DNA of 62,675 bases, the filler included, from Choristocarpus tenellus KU-1152 (Eukaryota > Protista > Phaeophyceae), in NCBI GenBank assembly GCA_964200185.2. It is 9 parts of 9 records of this genome, joined end to end, with 100 filler letters (N's around TTAATTAATTAA, not from the genome) between each part and the next. Parts side by side here need not be neighbours in the genome. Positions count along the whole stretch, not along the records: positions 49,021 to 59,676 come from CAXNAD020002802.1; positions 59,777 to 62,675 come from CAXNAD020023802.1; 7 more parts are not named here. One strand, 5' to 3'. Each line of letters opens with the position of its first letter. Position 1 is the first letter of the stretch. Positions 59,123 to 62,675 of the stretch are shown here, one piece after another. The notes under the pieces were generated by a model. That model was given only the letters and a program-made list of their open reading frames with translations. It did no database searches and was not told where the DNA came from. Made by a program: the position numbers and the translations under genes.

Positions 59123-59632
59123 TCAAGTTATGATAACATCGCTTTCAAGACTGTCAAGCTTGTCATCTTCAGTTTGCTCCAATACCTGGCTCAGGATGCC
59201 AGCCAAAGCAGGCAGAACATTCACAGTAGCTTCTGTGAGCACCATCCCATCAAAAGCTACACATAACTTCCCTGTCTCCTCTGCCTTCAGTACGGGTACC
59301 TTGGGATATCTCTGTGAAAAGTGTGTCAGCACCACCTTGTGTGCTCCCATACGCCTCCCCACCTCCAACGCCTCGGAAGTGGTGGAGTGCATCTTGGAGA
59401 AGGCGTGCTGTTGCATGGAGTCATCAAATGTTGCCTCGTGGACAAGGAGGGATGCTCCCGCCCCAGCAACAACTAGTTGATTGCATGGTCGGGTGTCCCC
59501 ACTGTATACAAGCTTTGCTGCCCCACGCAAGGGTTGCAACACTAAACCATAAGACTCATAGCAGTGCACGACTGGTACCGATATCATACTCTTCAGGAGT
59601 GCATCTGCTCCACACCATTCCTTCTGTGCCGT
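59123..59632 (-). CDS. tRNase Z long form (ELAC2-like), final exon only
   Basis: VPVVHC, VYSGDTRP, LVHEATF, HST and LTHFSQRYPK motifs. The 5' exon boundary is uncertain. Confidence 0.93.
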   Translation of the reverse strand, partial: TAQKEWCGADALLKSMISVPVVHCYESYGLVLQPLRGAAKLVYSGDTRPCNQLVVAGAGASLLVHEATFDDSMQQHAFSKMHSTTSEALEVGRRMGAHKVVLTHFSQRYPKVPVLKAEETGKLCVAFDGMVLTEATVNVLPALAGILSQVLEQTEDDKLDSLESDVIIT

Positions 59633-59676
59633 CTGAAACCTCTGCCCGCCTGGGCCTCCCCAGTCATATCCACCCC

Positions 59677-59776
59677 NNNNNNNNNNNNNNNNNNNNNNNN
59701 NNNNNNNNNNNNNNNNNNNNTTAATTAATTAANNNNNNNNNNNNNNNNNNNNNNNNNNNNNNNNNNNNNNNNNNNN
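59677..59776. other. Artificial contig spacer
   Basis: Same linker. Confidence 0.98.
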
Positions 59777-61744
59777 CTGACCCAAGTCGGGTTTTACTTA
59801 CTACACAGGTGGGTAAGCGGTGGGGGGGGGGGGGGGGAAACGATGGGGTGGGCAGGGTTACATACTGTTCGTGTGTTAGGATGATTGGGCATTTCTTCTG
59901 TCCATCTTGCCTGATGTGTAACAAAGTGGGGCCTGTCTTCAGACTCTTACTTGTGGATAGCCAGAGGTATTCTGGGAAATTAATCAGCTGGATGAAGGAG
60001 GAGGGTGAGCTGGACAGAACAGTCAGTGTGAGAGGGGGTATTTGGTAGGTCCCTGTGACTGCCACCTGATACATACATGCCCTTCTGGGTCTCTGGAGTG
60101 CAATTTATCACACATGCGGGGGGGGGGGCGTAAATTCTCCTCTGAAAACCACAGCCGAAAAGGGGGTATTACGAACATTTCAGGCATGATGGTGAGTATG
60201 TTGTCCTATTAAAAACGTAACCTCCATACTCTAAAGGGCAAAATAGACCTCCCTCTAAGAAGATACTGAGGCTTGAACGCGTCCACACAGAGAGAGGCAC
60301 TGCACATTGGGAAGATAAAGTAGTAACCCACTCAGCAAGGTTTTGACTGTGCACAAGAACCATTTAACAAACTAAAAATAGTCCATACAAAACAGCCAAA
60401 GTGATAAAAGTCAGAGTCGCATCTATTATCAAAGAAACTAGCTCCTTTTGTCTCTTACCAACGTGATAAAAAGTCTTACCACCACTGTTAACGCAGTGGG
60501 CAAGGTCACGCTGTTGACTTTGCTATCAAACAAGGGACACAAAACAGAAATAGAAAATATGGGAGCAAGGTGTTTTGTACTGTATGTAGCAGTTACTAGT
60601 AGATCCGGAACCTTTTCAGAGTGGGAGAGATACACCATGCCCCCCCTTCATCCCTCCCCCATCCACAAACACACTAGGGGCTGGCTGCCCAGATCGAGAT
60701 GATCATACTCATTGTGCCTTCTTATCTCCTTTCTGCTGGGAATACCTGTGATTCTTGGACCTAACTTGCCATCTTCCTGCCCTTTGCTCCTGAGGGCCGT
60801 TGATGGGCACTACTTGACTTAATATTCTACACAGCAAATGATCAATCACTCCAATGGCATAAACGCTTTACAAACAACAGCAACAGTTGTAGAGGAAAAG
60901 TTACTTAGTACCAGGACTTTGTCCTATCAGACATGTATATATATATAGAGAGAGAGAACTTGAATACCACCTACATCAAATTGACAGTGGGTGGCAGGTA
61001 GGTTGGTGCCCATCTCCTTTCCCCCCCCCAAAAAAAAAAACAACAAAAAAAAACAATGGCGCCACCTCTATCAAAAGAAAAAAAAGAAAAAAATAGTTCT
61101 TACCACAAGCAGAGGTACAAATGATTGAAAATATCAGTACTACGCAATACCTCTTCGCCAAAGACAAAAAAAAAATCTTCCCAGGGGCGGGCCAAAGACC
61201 ATGGTACACAACCATGTGCATATAGCTGAAGGGGCTAGGGTTTTAAGGTAAAAGGAGACAAACAAAAAAAATCTTCAATACGAGTTAAAAAAGAAATGAA
61301 TTGGGACAAATCGCGTCCATTCCTACATTCGATTCGCTCTCCTCGAATCTTCTTCAAGAGAAGATTCACACTGAGGTGCACACACTGGCTATAACAACAG
61401 GCATGATAACGAACGACAGCAGTCGAGTCTTCAAAAGAAGATGCAATAGCTCTCGGCGGACCAATAAAATGGTGTCATTGAGAACCTCCCCAAGAAAAGT
61501 ACACGCTTCAGCATGCCTCCAATAAAAACACACGGCACTAACCACGGCGATCACACCTCCAACCCTAACCCTAACCAACACACAAGCAACACACACACAC
61601 ACACACAAGCGGTGCTCATCAGATTCAAGAAACAAAAAAGGATGCTTCTATTTCGGTGGGAAGCCCTAACCCTCAGGTTTCTCCTTCTCCATCTTTTTAT
61701 CACGTATATATGTTTTTTTTCTTTTTTTTTATCTCACTCGGCAG

Positions 61745-61998
61745 CCTGGAACGCAAACTGGATCAGTATGTTCCAGATAGGCTGGAAGAAGACTATGGAC
61801 AGGATGAAGAATGCACAGCAACAGATGCATATGAGCACACGGCATAGCCTCGGTCCCAGCAACTGCGAGAGGACGGAGAAGGGATTCCATCCAAACTTGA
61901 GCCTTCCAGTCGGGGGAGGCAGGAAGGGAGAGTTATTAGGATCAGATCTGCCAGTTCCTACAGGCATCAGCTCTGCCAAGGACATGGGGCATATCTGA
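61745..61998 (+). CDS. Probable terminal exon of an unidentified gene (AWNANWISMFQIGWKKTMDRMK...DMGHI*)
   Basis: Long pyrimidine tract plus CAG acceptor followed by an 84-codon open frame. An alternative frame ending at 61847 cannot be excluded. Confidence 0.35.
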
Positions 61999-62040
61999 AC
62001 CCCTATGCAGCAAGCACCCATGGGAACCTGTTGAAGGGTT

Positions 62041-62220
62041 AAGGGACGTCAAACAGTAGAGAGAGATCAGCGTTGTGATTATCCTAACCCTAACCCTAAG
62101 ATAATAATAATAATAGTAATTTGTAAGTGATTAGAGACAAATGGGATCAAAATCGCAACCGAATTCCTTTTGGTGCTTGTCGAGAGCGGTGACCGCTCTC
62201 AACGATACGTCACCCTTTTT
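62041..62220. mobile_element. Degenerate inverted-repeat element with CCCTAA core
   Basis: AAGGGACGT/ACGTCACCCTT and GTTGTGATT/AATCGCAAC inverted pairs surround CCTAACCCTAACCCTAA at 62083-62099. Confidence 0.45.
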
Positions 62221-62412
62221 TTTCTCAAACCCTAACCCTTTATCTTGTCCCCCAGGTCACTACAACTTCTATAATCTTCGACTACACAACTTCTGAATCT
62301 TCCGCTACACAACTTCTGCACGGAGACTTTGAACCTACCTTCTTCTTCTCCTTCCTCATTCAGTGGTTACCAGGCCATAAAGGGAGAAAAAATAAATAAA
62401 ACAAAACCCTTC

Positions 62413-62471
62413 GACATGACATGACATGACATGACATGACATGACACGACACGACACGACACGACACGACA
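62413..62471. repeat. Compound pentanucleotide microsatellite (CATGA)n(CACGA)n
   Basis: Direct reading. Confidence 0.95.
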
Positions 62472-62675
62472 ATGCCCACAACACGCCCGCCCAACGTGCA
62501 CAGACAGGATAAGACTTGCAACAGACCCTACCAAAAAAAAATAAAAATCAATGAACTCAATCAAAAACCTCAACCTCTTCTCAAGCACACCCTGGGATCC
62601 AACAACCCCCTCTCCCCTCCCCTCCCCCCCCCCCTCTCCCCTCCCGTCTGCACCCTCTCTCCTTCCCCTACGCCC

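Overview
This is eukaryotic nuclear DNA, most likely from a brown alga or a close stramenopile relative. That is an inference from an EsV-1-7 repeat gene, an ASAF bipartite plastid presequence, TTAGGG repeats and the type of Ty3/gypsy element. The window is not contiguous: nine contigs are joined by artificial 100-bp N44-TTAATTAATTAA-N44 spacers, so gene neighbourhoods across spacers mean nothing. Genes reconstructed by hand: PACRG (6 exons), an Angel/CCR4-like EEP nuclease (3'-partial), an intronless EsV-1-7 repeat protein, a large secreted beta-repeat protein (3'-partial), an Sfp-type phosphopantetheinyl transferase (3'-partial), a peroxisomal PTS2 thiolase (3'-partial), a nucleoside diphosphate kinase with a signal peptide, NDUFB10/PDSW, an uncharacterised plastid protein, and the last exon of tRNase Z. 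Eight of these genes form four tight head-to-head pairs. The rest is transposon-derived: a broken mariner transposase (about DD40D), Ty3/gypsy remnants, two related MITE families with xxxCAAAGTATCT termini, and small inverted-repeat elements with (CCCTAA)n cores. The most notable observations are a homology-supported non-canonical TT-AG intron, relaxed splice signals (GC donors and about 20% AAG acceptors), a Sola-like MITE family with mixed 3/4-bp target duplications that may supply a branch point to PACRG, and telomere-repeat cores inside palindromic elements. No CRISPR array, rRNA or convincing tRNA was seen, and I found no clearly novel multi-gene system.
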